This document shows positions 34,042 through 42,672 of a stretch of 60,183 bases of DNA, piece by piece. Source of the DNA: an uncultured Gammaproteobacteria bacterium (lineage in GTDB: Bacteria > Patescibacteriota > Microgenomatia > Levybacterales > GWA1-39-11); assembly GCA_964360265.1 (NCBI GenBank), contig CAYHUY010000002.1, forward strand, positions 1 to 60,183, written 5' to 3'. Numbering within the stretch: the first letter of the stretch is position 1; every line of letters starts with the position of its first letter. Under the pieces are notes generated by a model that did not search any database, was not told where the DNA came from, and was given only the letters and a program-made list of their open reading frames with translations. Position numbers and translations under genes: made by a program.

Positions 34042-34853
34042 TGTGAAATTAGAGAGTAAGGAAAGATTTCAAATGGAATAAGCGGATGAGAAGAAAAATA
34101 CTGTACCTTTCTTACTGTTTCTCCTGACTCCCCAACAGACTCAATTATTGTCCCTTGGGGAGGCAGCGCAACAGGGAGGCCAGATACCGGGTGTACTGAG
34201 GTAATTCCTACTTTTGTCGAATTGTAAATGGGAATTAGTCTCATAATTAAGCCGTTTGACACCGGAATGGTAGCTGCATAATTAAAAAAAACGCCTTCAA
34301 CCGGACCTCCATTTAATGCGGGTGTTGCACCATTTATCCTTCCGCAGGAATCGAATACGTACTTATTTAATAAGGGGCTTGCTACATTGCCTGAGAGGAT
34401 TGCCACTTCAAGAGCCGAATTAACCGACTCTCCGCTAGTACTTACGCAGCTATTCTGATCAACGGTGCTCCAATAAATAGTAACGTCAGCGCTTAGTACC
34501 TGATCCGTAAAATCGGGGTATTTGGAGAGCCAAAGATCAGCACCCGTACCTTGATCTACCAGTTCGCCTCCATTTAAAAGGAAACTTGTTCCCTCTGGAT
34601 TCATTCTCGTGATAGAATATTCTGCATTATTTGAAAAAGCGCGACTTAGAGGACCAGTGTCTGACTGGAGCGCTTGCTCAATACCGGCCTCAGCCGCTTT
34701 AAAAGCCCTTTGCGATTCTTCGTTTTGTCGTGAAATTCTAAGGTTTGTAATTGTTCTTGAAACTACTGAAAGCCCTACTGTTAAGGCAACAATCATTGTT
34801 AAAACCACAACGAGCAACATCTGCCCGCTACGGCTGTTAGATTTTGTCATCAA
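34038..34853 (-). CDS. PilX-like minor pilin / pilus tip-associated protein
   Basis: N-terminus GQMLLVVVLTMIVALTVGLSVVSR followed by RAFKAAEAGIEQAL, as in PilX N-terminal domains. Confidence 0.55.
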   Translation of the reverse strand: MMTKSNSRSGQMLLVVVLTMIVALTVGLSVVSRTITNLRISRQNEESQRAFKAAEAGIEQALQSDTGPLSRAFSNNAEYSITRMNPEGTSFLLNGGELVDQGTGADLWLSKYPDFTDQVLSADVTIYWSTVDQNSCVSTSGESVNSALEVAILSGNVASPLLNKYVFDSCGRINGATPALNGGPVEGVFFNYAATIPVSNGLIMRLIPIYNSTKVGITSVHPVSGLPVALPPQGTIIESVGESGETVRKVQYFSSHPLIPFEIFPYSLISQ

Positions 34854-34916
34854 TTCCTATCATAAAAGAAATTAATAGAACGTGTCAAGCACGAAGCACG
34901 AATCTGGATTTACTTA

Positions 34917-35459
34917 TTATGGTGAATAATTTCTTAAAGATACGGCTGTGTTAAAAATAGCGGAAGACTGTGATTCCGGTAATGTAGAGTTTTTCTCTTT
35001 GAGTTTAAATGTAACACCAACTATGGGTATCGCATATGCATCAGTCGATAATTGATTACAATAGAAAGAACAGGTGCCCTCCTCAACTACAACATCCTCG
35101 GAATTTATGATCGAGACGCTATTTGAAGAAATTGTGTTGTTAGAACATGAAAATGTAGTTGATCCTCCACTTAATCTTCTTAGTGTTATAGAAGTACCGC
35201 TAGGACGTGCAGTGCAGTCTGAGATATTTACTCCTCCAACTTCTGTAATTGAGCGTGAATCAATGATGGCAGCACTAATTACTGAAATGGCGTAATTCCC
35301 GTTTTCAGTGATACCTACTGATATTTTTGTTTTATTGCTCCCGCGAAGAGTAGAGTAAAGAATTCCCGTGATAACGCCTGAAATTATTACAAGAATTGCA
35401 ACCACTGCAAGAAGCTCGATAATTGTATATCCCCGCGACTCTCTGAAATTAATCATCAT
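34917..35459 (-). CDS. prepilin-type N-terminal cleavage/methylation domain protein (minor pilin)
   Basis: MMINFRESRG|YTIIELLAVVAILVIISG. The ATG overlaps the TGA of the upstream gene (ATGATGA). Confidence 0.75.
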   Translation of the reverse strand: MMINFRESRGYTIIELLAVVAILVIISGVITGILYSTLRGSNKTKISVGITENGNYAISVISAAIIDSRSITEVGGVNISDCTARPSGTSITLRRLSGGSTTFSCSNNTISSNSVSIINSEDVVVEEGTCSFYCNQLSTDAYAIPIVGVTFKLKEKNSTLPESQSSAIFNTAVSLRNYSP

Positions 35460-35968
35460 AAAGCTGTCCCCTGACCTGATTGTTTTGCGAAACAAGATAT
35501 TAATTGTGATTTATGACAAAAACGGTCAGAACTACCACATTTACCACTTGCCCAGTATACGCTAATAACAACCTGTGTCCCTCCATTACACTCAACTACC
35601 GAATCTTGTGTAAATTCAGTCTCGCGTTTATACGCATTGTCAATATTTACAGCTAGACACGGACCGATATTAAGCACATTGTCTTCACCCATGCAGTAAA
35701 TTCCATTCCGGCTTTCAAAAGAAGTAGCATTAATATTTCTCAAGTATCTCATGTACTCCATTCCTTCCTGCGCATGTCTTGAAGCCAAAGTTTGATCTCT
35801 TATGAACCTTGAGTTTGATAGGCTTGTTGTAATTACTACGGAAATTGCAGCGAGTATTATAAGGATAGACGCCAGGGCCACCATCGCCTCTATTATGGTT
35901 TGTCCTGCCCGCAACGCTCTCGCTCGCGAGGCGGGAGGGTCCCTTCGGTTGTTTTTAATATGATACAT
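35456..35968 (-). CDS. pilin-like protein with an atypical leader
   Basis: ...RALRAGQTIIEAMVALASILIILAAISV. The leader is partly encoded by a GC-rich palindrome (35904..35938). Confidence 0.65.
   Translation of the reverse strand: MYHIKNNRRDPPASRARALRAGQTIIEAMVALASILIILAAISVVITTSLSNSRFIRDQTLASRHAQEGMEYMRYLRNINATSFESRNGIYCMGEDNVLNIGPCLAVNIDNAYKRETEFTQDSVVECNGGTQVVISVYWASGKCGSSDRFCHKSQLISCFAKQSGQGTAL
35904..35938. repeat. GC-rich palindrome related to 48839..48877
   Basis: CCTGCCCGC-aacgctctcgctcgcga-GGCGGGAGG lies in the leader-coding region of pilin 35456..35968. Confidence 0.6.
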
Positions 35969-36539
35969 GGCCTATTGAGTCAATTGAAACCTTAATTTGA
36001 TTTCCGTAGCCGCTTATGTACATTTCGCAGGGCAGTCCCTGACTATTTCCTGAGACGAGATTAAAAATAATAGTGGAGCAATTATTAACGCCGGGAATAA
36101 CGTTTGATGCTGCCACACCTTCCGGAAAAACTTTAGATTCTAAAATTACCTCCCTTTCCGGTGATCCACATATAGCCGTCATTTCATAAAACGCGGGGGC
36201 ACAAGACGGGACGACGTTAAAGCAGAAATTTAATTTATAAGAAGAAAGTTCGTCCGTCGCGACGCATTCGGGTGGTTTAACAAATGAAGCAGCATTGAAT
36301 CGCGCAAGGTCAACTGCTTGTTTTACATTTGCTGCTGTCTGTACAACTACCTGTCTCTTACTATAGGAGGCAAAAGAGATATAGCCAATCGTCGAAAGTA
36401 CAGAAATCAAAGAAAAAGCAACGAGTAATTCGATGAGAGAGAAGCCCCCCCGCCTCCGGCGGGAATTTCCAATTTCAAATACTGCCAATTTCCAATAATT
36501 TGAAATTAGAAATTTGAAATTAGAAATTTGAAATTTCAT
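35955..36539 (-). CDS. prepilin-type protein with a 31-aa repeat-encoded leader
   Basis: MKFQISNFKFLISNYWKLAVFEIGNSRRRRGG|FSLIELLVAF. The ATG at 36539 lies 2 nt after the upstream stop; the track start at 36581 is unlikely. Confidence 0.7.
   Translation of the reverse strand: MKFQISNFKFLISNYWKLAVFEIGNSRRRRGGFSLIELLVAFSLISVLSTIGYISFASYSKRQVVVQTAANVKQAVDLARFNAASFVKPPECVATDELSSYKLNFCFNVVPSCAPAFYEMTAICGSPEREVILESKVFPEGVAASNVIPGVNNCSTIIFNLVSGNSQGLPCEMYISGYGNQIKVSIDSIGHVSY
36463..36539 (-). repeat. 77-nt AT-rich element, copy 1 (encodes a pilin leader)
   Basis: It differs from 37498..37574 at only 3 of 77 positions and contains (GAAATTA/GAAATTT) heptamer runs. Confidence 0.85.
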
Positions 36540-36541
36540 TG

Positions 36542-36973
36542 TTAGGGGTTTGTGAGTGTAAATGAAACACCAGAGGTACATGCTGCCTGGGCAGTACTAT
36601 CACGGTCGGCATCGTTTTCGTTTTCAAGACACGCATAAATTGTATAAGTGAGTCCATCGGCATCGGCAGAATTGTATGGATAGTTAGTTTTCTCGATTGG
36701 ATCGCAGGGGATTTTCTGCATATAGGTAACGCTGCTATAAATGAGGGGTAGTCCACAAACGGGAAAAGCGTCAGGATAAGTTCCGTTATCTGACCGGTGC
36801 AATTCAAGCGCTGTTTGGATTTGTCTTATGTCCGATTTTCTTTGCGCATCTCGGCCTCGCTGTCTAACTCCAACAAAATTTGTCATAAGAAGCGCTGAAA
36901 GAACAGAAATAATACTAATTACAACTAGAAGCTCTATGAGCGTAAAACCTTCTTTATTATTCAAAGCTGGCAT
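36542..36973 (-). CDS. GspG/PilE-like pseudopilin
   Basis: MPALNNKEG|FTLIELLVVISIISVLSALL, then GRDAQRKSDIRQIQTALE. The ATG at 36973 is preferred over the TTG at 37009. Confidence 0.75.
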   Translation of the reverse strand: MPALNNKEGFTLIELLVVISIISVLSALLMTNFVGVRQRGRDAQRKSDIRQIQTALELHRSDNGTYPDAFPVCGLPLIYSSVTYMQKIPCDPIEKTNYPYNSADADGLTYTIYACLENENDADRDSTAQAACTSGVSFTLTNP

Positions 36974-37010
36974 AAATACATAATACCTAATATGTAACAC
37001 CCAGTTCAAG

Positions 37011-37574
37011 TTACGGGCTTACATTAGGACTTGATACTCCATAATTGCAAGTTAATCCGCACGCCGTAGCTCCCGGGGCATTTAGGCAGGAAGTGCCATC
37101 AGAATTACAGGCTTGCGGATCTTTTCCCCCGCGTTCAAGTGATGCGTAAAGCCAGTAGCTTTGTTGATTACCATCGGTTATGTAAACGTAATTCAGGGAT
37201 GATTTAGGATCCTCTGGTAATACATCCATATAGGGCGCCCACGAGTCTCCCCAGTTAAGTTCGGAGAGATTATATACTATCTTATTATTGAGACTTTCCG
37301 GATATTTACCAAAGTCCTGATAATAAGCTTCCAAGGCTTTCTGTATTTGTGAAAGATTATTTTTTCTTTGTGCGTCTGCTGTTTTCTTAAATTGCTCAAA
37401 CGGATTAATTGCGGATATTAGAAAGGTGGAAAAAATAGCAAGTATTCCAATCCCAACAATTAGCTCAATCAAAGTAAACCCCGCCCGCCTCTGGCGGGAA
37501 TTTACAATTTCAAATACTACCAATTTCCAATGATTTGAAATTAGAAATTTGAAATTAGAAATTTGAAATTTCAT
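37011..37574 (-). CDS. prepilin-type protein with a 31-aa repeat-encoded leader
   Basis: MKFQISNFKFLISNHWKLVVFEIVNSRQRRAG|FTLIELIVGIG, then DAQRKNNLSQIQKALE. The ATG overlaps the pilD TAA (TAATG). Confidence 0.75.
   Translation of the reverse strand: MKFQISNFKFLISNHWKLVVFEIVNSRQRRAGFTLIELIVGIGILAIFSTFLISAINPFEQFKKTADAQRKNNLSQIQKALEAYYQDFGKYPESLNNKIVYNLSELNWGDSWAPYMDVLPEDPKSSLNYVYITDGNQQSYWLYASLERGGKDPQACNSDGTSCLNAPGATACGLTCNYGVSSPNVSP
37498..37574 (-). repeat. 77-nt AT-rich element, copy 2 (encodes a pilin leader)
   Basis: GAATTTACAATTTCAAATACTACCAATTTCCAATGATTTGAAATTAGAAATTTGAAATTAGAAATTTGAAATTTCAT. Confidence 0.85.
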
Positions 37575-38347
37575 TAGGCTAACTTCTCAAGAACAATTTT
37601 TATTATTTGATCTCCCAAAAAGTACGAAATAACCGAAGACAAAATTAGGAATGGGCCAAAAGGGATCGTGCCGCCTTTTAATTTTTTTTTGCCCCATAAA
37701 ACAAGTATGATAGCAACTGCTGCTCCTGTCAAGAATGCCAAATACGCTGCCACAACGCTCATCGGGAATCCCAAAAAAAACCCTAAGGCAAAGCATAGCT
37801 TAACATCACCAAAACCCATTCCGCGACCGGAGGTTGCTAAAAAAATTAATAAAAAGATAAGTAAAAATCCAACGCCTGCAAGAAAATGATTTATTATGGA
37901 ACCAGGAGAATAAAGCGCTAAATAAACAAAGACTATACCCGAGGCGGTTAAGATAAGTTCATCCGGGATTATGCCAAAATCAAAGTCTGTAAAAAAAATA
38001 CCTATAAAAATGGGCAGGAGAAGTAAAAGATAAACCAAATTTATAAAATCTACGCTTCCCCTTATGTAGAGCAAAAAAACTGCAGAATATAGTAAGCCAT
38101 TTATAACCTCGACGAGAAAGATTCTTGTTGGAATTTTACTCTTACACTTTTTACATTTTCCCCTCAAAACCAAATATGAAACAACAGGAATTAACTCAAG
38201 CGGTGTTAGCTTTTTCTTACACTTTGCACAATGCGACCTATTAAAAAAAATGCTTTGACGGGCAGGGAGCCTGTCTATTAATACGTTTATAAAACTTCCA
38301 GCCGATGCCCCTAGAATAAAAACAAATAAAAACGCTAAGACTTCCAT
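37574..38347 (-). CDS. pilD: prepilin peptidase (A24 family)
   Basis: Polytopic membrane protein with a Cys-rich loop (CAKCKKKL...CKKCKSKI) and GFGDVKL. Confidence 0.85.
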   Translation of the reverse strand: MEVLAFLFVFILGASAGSFINVLIDRLPARQSIFFNRSHCAKCKKKLTPLELIPVVSYLVLRGKCKKCKSKIPTRIFLVEVINGLLYSAVFLLYIRGSVDFINLVYLLLLLPIFIGIFFTDFDFGIIPDELILTASGIVFVYLALYSPGSIINHFLAGVGFLLIFLLIFLATSGRGMGFGDVKLCFALGFFLGFPMSVVAAYLAFLTGAAVAIILVLWGKKKLKGGTIPFGPFLILSSVISYFLGDQIIKIVLEKLA

Positions 38348-38424
38348 TGTAATCAGTATACCAATAACTAATTCGCAAGAGAAGATCCTTAAGCATGAGG
38401 CAATATTAGAATTTGGGATTCAAA

Positions 38425-38991
38425 TTATTGGGTACACCAGTAGCAGTTAGTGGAACCGCCAATTACTGATTTACAGTTTGTTTCGTTCGCTCCATCTCGC
38501 GCAAATTTTGTCGCTTGATCTTTCTGTTGCGATAAAGAAACTGGCATAAAACAAATAGTTGTATTGTTTTCATTATTCGTTTGGGGATTAGGTTCCGTAA
38601 CAAATATAAGATCAAGATCCTGAAAGTCGGAAAATCCAGCCTTAAGTTCACCATCTGCGACAAGTGCCTTTATGCAATTCGGCATTCTATTAAGAGGGTG
38701 CATATTTGGGTCTTCGCCCCCAATATCTGTAGTATTACAGGCATCGTTTCCTCCATTTGCAGCTGCTTCCCAAGGAAGCGCATTGTGGGTGGTGTAATAT
38801 CTAATGAGCGAATTGTGAAATTCAACTGAGACATTCTTTAGATTTGTATCTCTTGCTTTATTCAACTGCTCAAATGGGTCAATGGTTGCAATTAAAGCCG
38901 CTGCGAGTATCCCCAAAATTCCAATCACAACAAGAAGCTCTATAAGAGTAAATCCCGCCCGTTGAAATTTCTTCCGAAAGATTTTGCTCAT
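38425..38991 (-). CDS. pilA: type IV pilin, probable major subunit
   Basis: MSKIFRKKFQRAG|FTLIELLVVIGILGILAAALIATIDPFEQ. It is the first gene of the pilus operon. Confidence 0.75.
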   Translation of the reverse strand: MSKIFRKKFQRAGFTLIELLVVIGILGILAAALIATIDPFEQLNKARDTNLKNVSVEFHNSLIRYYTTHNALPWEAAANGGNDACNTTDIGGEDPNMHPLNRMPNCIKALVADGELKAGFSDFQDLDLIFVTEPNPQTNNENNTTICFMPVSLSQQKDQATKFARDGANETNCKSVIGGSTNCYWCTQ

Positions 38992-39011
38992 TATCTATCT
39001 TAAGCATAACG

Positions 39012-39046
39012 AAAAACTCTTGTCAAGAGGGACATCAAGCGCTAAG
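39012..39046. repeat. left copy of a direct repeat flanking ppdK
   Basis: AAAAACTCTTGTCAAGAGGGACATCAAGCGCTAAG matches 41977..42025 apart from a 12-nt indel and a few substitutions. Confidence 0.65.
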
Positions 39047-39090
39047 TATTGCATTTCCCTTTAAATTTGATATTATTCGCTATATATTCT

Positions 39091-41871
39091 ATGACACCAG
39101 AAATTGTAAAATACGTTCGCCACTTTGAAGAAGGCAATGCTTCACAGAAAGTTTCTCTTGGTAGTAAAGGTGCAAATCTTGCTGAGATGACAAATATGGG
39201 ACTTCCCGTACCTTCAGGGTTTACTATTACCACAGAAGCATGTAAATTATATTATTCTGAAGGACGCAGAATCCCGACTGATATGTGGGACCAAACGCTT
39301 GAAGCAGTTGGGGTACTTGAAGAAAAGACAGGAAAAAAATTAGGTGATGCAATGAATCCCCTACTGGTTTCAGTTAGATCTGGAGCTGAATTCTCTATGC
39401 CAGGCATGATGGGTACAGTGCTTAATTTAGGCCTCAATGACGCAAGCGTTGAGGGTATTTCAAGAGTAACCAACAATCCTCGCTTTTCCTATGATTCGTA
39501 TAGGCGTTTTATTAGTATGTTTGGTAGTACTGTTATGGGTGTTGAGAAAAAAAGATTTGAGGAAGCATTTGAAAGAATAAAAAGAGAACATGATGTACAA
39601 AAAGACACAGATATTGATGCAGAAGCTCTCAGAAAAGTGGTTGGGGAATTTAAAGATATCATACGAGAAGATAAGGGTGAAGAATTTCCCCAAGATCCTC
39701 ACATTCAATTACAGAGAGCGGTCGGTGCAGTGTTTGACTCATGGTCTGGGGGGCTTGCAGAATCATATCGCCTGAAAAACAACATCCCCCATGATCTTGG
39801 AACTGCTGTAAATGTGGTTCAAATGGTCTTTGGAAATAAAGGTGAAACTTCAGGAACCGGTGTAGCATTTACCAGAAATCCTGCCACAGGAGAAAGAGGG
39901 GTATATGGTGAATATCTTACGAATGCTCAAGGAGAAGATGTTGTCGCAGGAATACGAACTCCTGAGCCTATTTCGACGCTTGCCGAATCATTTCCAACAG
40001 TTTACGCACAATTTGAGGAAATAACTCGCTTACTTGAAGAGCATAATAGAGATGCGCAAGATATAGAATTTACGATTGAAGAAGGCGTGTTATACATGCT
40101 TCAGACGAGAACAGGTCAGAGGACGGCAGCAGCCGCAGTACAAATTGCAACCGATATGGTAGGGGAAAATGTTATTACCAGGTCTGAAGCAGTTGGGAGA
40201 GTAACCACTAAACAAGTAGAAAAATTATTATCAGGTGGATTTGATGAAGCTGATAAGAAAAAAGCAATTGATGAAGGACGATTACTTACCAGCAAAGGGA
40301 CAGGTGCTTCTCCAGGAGCAGCAGTTGGTGAGGTTGTTTTTGATTCAGAAAGAGCGCAGAAACGAGCAGCAGTTTTAGAAGAAAAAAAAATAATACTTGT
40401 CAGACCGTTTACCGATGCAGCAGATTATAGTGGAATGCTTAAATCGGGTGGAGTGCTTACTGCACGGGGTGGAAAAACAAGTCATGCAGCGGTTATTTCA
40501 CGAGGAGAAGGAATTCCCGCTGTTGTCGGCGCGTTTGAATTGGAAATTGATTTAGAAAGCAGGACTATGAGGGTGAGAGATAGAGTAGTAAACGAGGAAG
40601 ATATAATTTCTATAGACGGTACAACAGGCGAAGTAATATTGGGAGAGGTAAAAACAGTCGATCAAGAAAACCTAGGATTGTCTCCGCAGCTTTCAGAACT
40701 TCTTTCATGGGCAGATGATATTGCTCGACTTCAGGTTTGGGCAAATGCAGATACTCCTAAAGATGCCAGGCGGGCACGTGAGTTTGGTGCAAAAGGAATA
40801 GGTCTCTGTCGAACAGAACATATGTTTAAAGGTGATAGTCTTTTTGCGTTTAGACAACTTATCATGGCATCACAAGGTGCGCGAAGATACAGTACGCTCC
40901 AAACTCAACTCGCAACAGGAGTGGATGTATCATATGAAATGCGTGCACTTGAGAAAAGTAATACGCAATATCAGGAAGCACTTGTACAATTACTTAAGAT
41001 TCAAAAAGAAGATTTTAAGGGAATTCTCAGAGAGATGGATGGATTACCGGTTATTATTAGACTACTTGATGCACCTCTGCATGAATTCGTTGAAGATCAT
41101 ACGAAACTAAGTGTAGATTTAGCAGTTGCCCGGGAACAAAACCTTCCTGAAGGAGAAATGGCTCCACTCGTCGAAAAAATTGCTGCCGTAGACCAATTAA
41201 GGGAACAAGATCCAATGTTAGGAAATCGTGGAATAAGATTTGGAATTATGTTTCCTGGAGTATATGAAATGCAAGCACTGGCAATTTTTGAGGCAGCTGC
41301 AGAATTGCAGTTAGAAGGATTTGACCCGCATCCAAAAGTTATGTTACCACTCGTATCTCACGTAAATGAAGTAAGAAGCATGCGGCCAAGGATAGAAAAA
41401 GTAGCCCAAGAAGTTATGGTAGAAAAAGGAGTTAACATAGACTATCAAGTTGGGGTTATGATCGAAACGCCGCGAGCAGCACTAACAGCCGATCAAATGG
41501 CACAAGCTTCAGAGTTCTTTAGTTTTGGATCAAATGATCTTACCCAATTTTCATATGCATATTCACGGGATGATTCAGCAAAAAGCTTTTTACCTGCGTA
41601 TCAAGATGCAGAAATCCTTCCTGCAGATCCGTTTGAAACTGTAGACATAGAAGGAGTAGGGCAACTTGTTAATATGGCTGTAACTCGTGGGCGTGCTGAG
41701 AAACCCGAATTAAGTATTGGAGTCTGTGGAGAACATGGAGGAGAGCCTGTATCAGTAGCCTTTTGGGAAGGAGCAGGTCTTAATTATGTTTCTGCGTCCC
41801 CATTCAGAGTTCCTGTTGCCCGTATTGCCGCAGCTCAGGCAGTTATGAATACAGCTGAAAATACTCAATAG
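39091..41871 (+). CDS. ppdK: pyruvate, phosphate dikinase
   Basis: GSKGANLAEMTNMGLPVPSGFTITTEAC, the phospho-His region GGKTSHAAVISRG, and the PEP-utilising C-terminal GLCRTEHMF...GSNDLTQ. Confidence 0.9.
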   Translation: MTPEIVKYVRHFEEGNASQKVSLGSKGANLAEMTNMGLPVPSGFTITTEACKLYYSEGRRIPTDMWDQTLEAVGVLEEKTGKKLGDAMNPLLVSVRSGAEFSMPGMMGTVLNLGLNDASVEGISRVTNNPRFSYDSYRRFISMFGSTVMGVEKKRFEEAFERIKREHDVQKDTDIDAEALRKVVGEFKDIIREDKGEEFPQDPHIQLQRAVGAVFDSWSGGLAESYRLKNNIPHDLGTAVNVVQMVFGNKGETSGTGVAFTRNPATGERGVYGEYLTNAQGEDVVAGIRTPEPISTLAESFPTVYAQFEEITRLLEEHNRDAQDIEFTIEEGVLYMLQTRTGQRTAAAAVQIATDMVGENVITRSEAVGRVTTKQVEKLLSGGFDEADKKKAIDEGRLLTSKGTGASPGAAVGEVVFDSERAQKRAAVLEEKKIILVRPFTDAADYSGMLKSGGVLTARGGKTSHAAVISRGEGIPAVVGAFELEIDLESRTMRVRDRVVNEEDIISIDGTTGEVILGEVKTVDQENLGLSPQLSELLSWADDIARLQVWANADTPKDARRAREFGAKGIGLCRTEHMFKGDSLFAFRQLIMASQGARRYSTLQTQLATGVDVSYEMRALEKSNTQYQEALVQLLKIQKEDFKGILREMDGLPVIIRLLDAPLHEFVEDHTKLSVDLAVAREQNLPEGEMAPLVEKIAAVDQLREQDPMLGNRGIRFGIMFPGVYEMQALAIFEAAAELQLEGFDPHPKVMLPLVSHVNEVRSMRPRIEKVAQEVMVEKGVNIDYQVGVMIETPRAALTADQMAQASEFFSFGSNDLTQFSYAYSRDDSAKSFLPAYQDAEILPADPFETVDIEGVGQLVNMAVTRGRAEKPELSIGVCGEHGGEPVSVAFWEGAGLNYVSASPFRVPVARIAAAQAVMNTAENTQ

Positions 41872-41976
41872 GCATAATTTTTCTATAGCCTTTCTCATAT
41901 ATAATTTTTACAATTTTTACAATATCTTTTTAATCTTTTAGCATTTATATTTATTCAATAACTATTAAAAAATCTT

Positions 41977-42025
41977 GCTTGTCCAGAGGGGATATGTGTG
42001 GGACATCAAGCGCGTAAAAACTCTT
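41977..42025. repeat. right copy of the direct repeat flanking ppdK (overlaps the holB 3' end)
   Basis: CTTGTCCAGAGG-ggatatgtgtgg-GACATCAAGCGCGTAAAAACTCTTG. Confidence 0.65.
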
Positions 42026-42653
42026 GAACTAAATTCTTTTCAATTGTTAATCTTGCGTTTAAGTTGTTAGACTGAATTAATTGATAATTCTTTAGTATAG
42101 TTTTCAAAACTTTTTGCGCAACAATAGCATCCCTTCGTTTTCCTTCAAGAGCAAAATTTATTAATAAACCTCTTAGGGAAAGTATAAGGCTTACGATATC
42201 TTCCTTGTTCAAAAAAAGCTCGTCGACTGTTACTAAAACGTCTCCTAATTTATTTTCGGAAAACGCGCGTACCAATTTTAGAGCTGAATCGTTATTACTC
42301 TTTTGCTCTTTATGATTTAATTTCCCAACATTAATAATGGTGCATCTTGACGAGACTGTTGAAAGAAGAACGCTTGGTTCAAAAAATACAAAAAAGGTAT
42401 CCTCAGGTAACTCTTCAAGAATTTTAAGCATTGAATTTTGAGCCTCAATTGTTGCGCCTGCAAGATATGCGAATAATCTTTTACTTCCTTCTGTCTTTAC
42501 TGCAACCATTTTTTTTATTTCACGAACGTCTGAAATTTTCAACTGATTTTTGTATAAATTTATATTGTAAGAGGCAATATTGTTATCCTCTATTAGCTTT
42601 GATAAATATTGATTTTTACGTTCCTCATCACCTATTAAAATTATTCCGTTCAT
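42006..42653 (-). CDS. holB: DNA polymerase III delta'-like clamp-loader subunit
   Basis: MNGIILIG...NSMLKILEELPEDTFFVFF...VSSRC has the SRC sensor motif. The ATG at 42653 is preferred over the track start at 42758. Confidence 0.6.
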   Translation of the reverse strand: MNGIILIGDEERKNQYLSKLIEDNNIASYNINLYKNQLKISDVREIKKMVAVKTEGSKRLFAYLAGATIEAQNSMLKILEELPEDTFFVFFEPSVLLSTVSSRCTIINVGKLNHKEQKSNNDSALKLVRAFSENKLGDVLVTVDELFLNKEDIVSLILSLRGLLINFALEGKRRDAIVAQKVLKTILKNYQLIQSNNLNARLTIEKNLVQEFLRA

Positions 42654-42672
42654 ATTGACATTATAGCAAGTT

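Noticed and set aside
36497-36536. The short periodic repeats as a CRISPR array.
   Set aside because: The repeat unit is 7 nt with no spacers, and the arrays are only 28-40 nt long. No cas genes are in the window.
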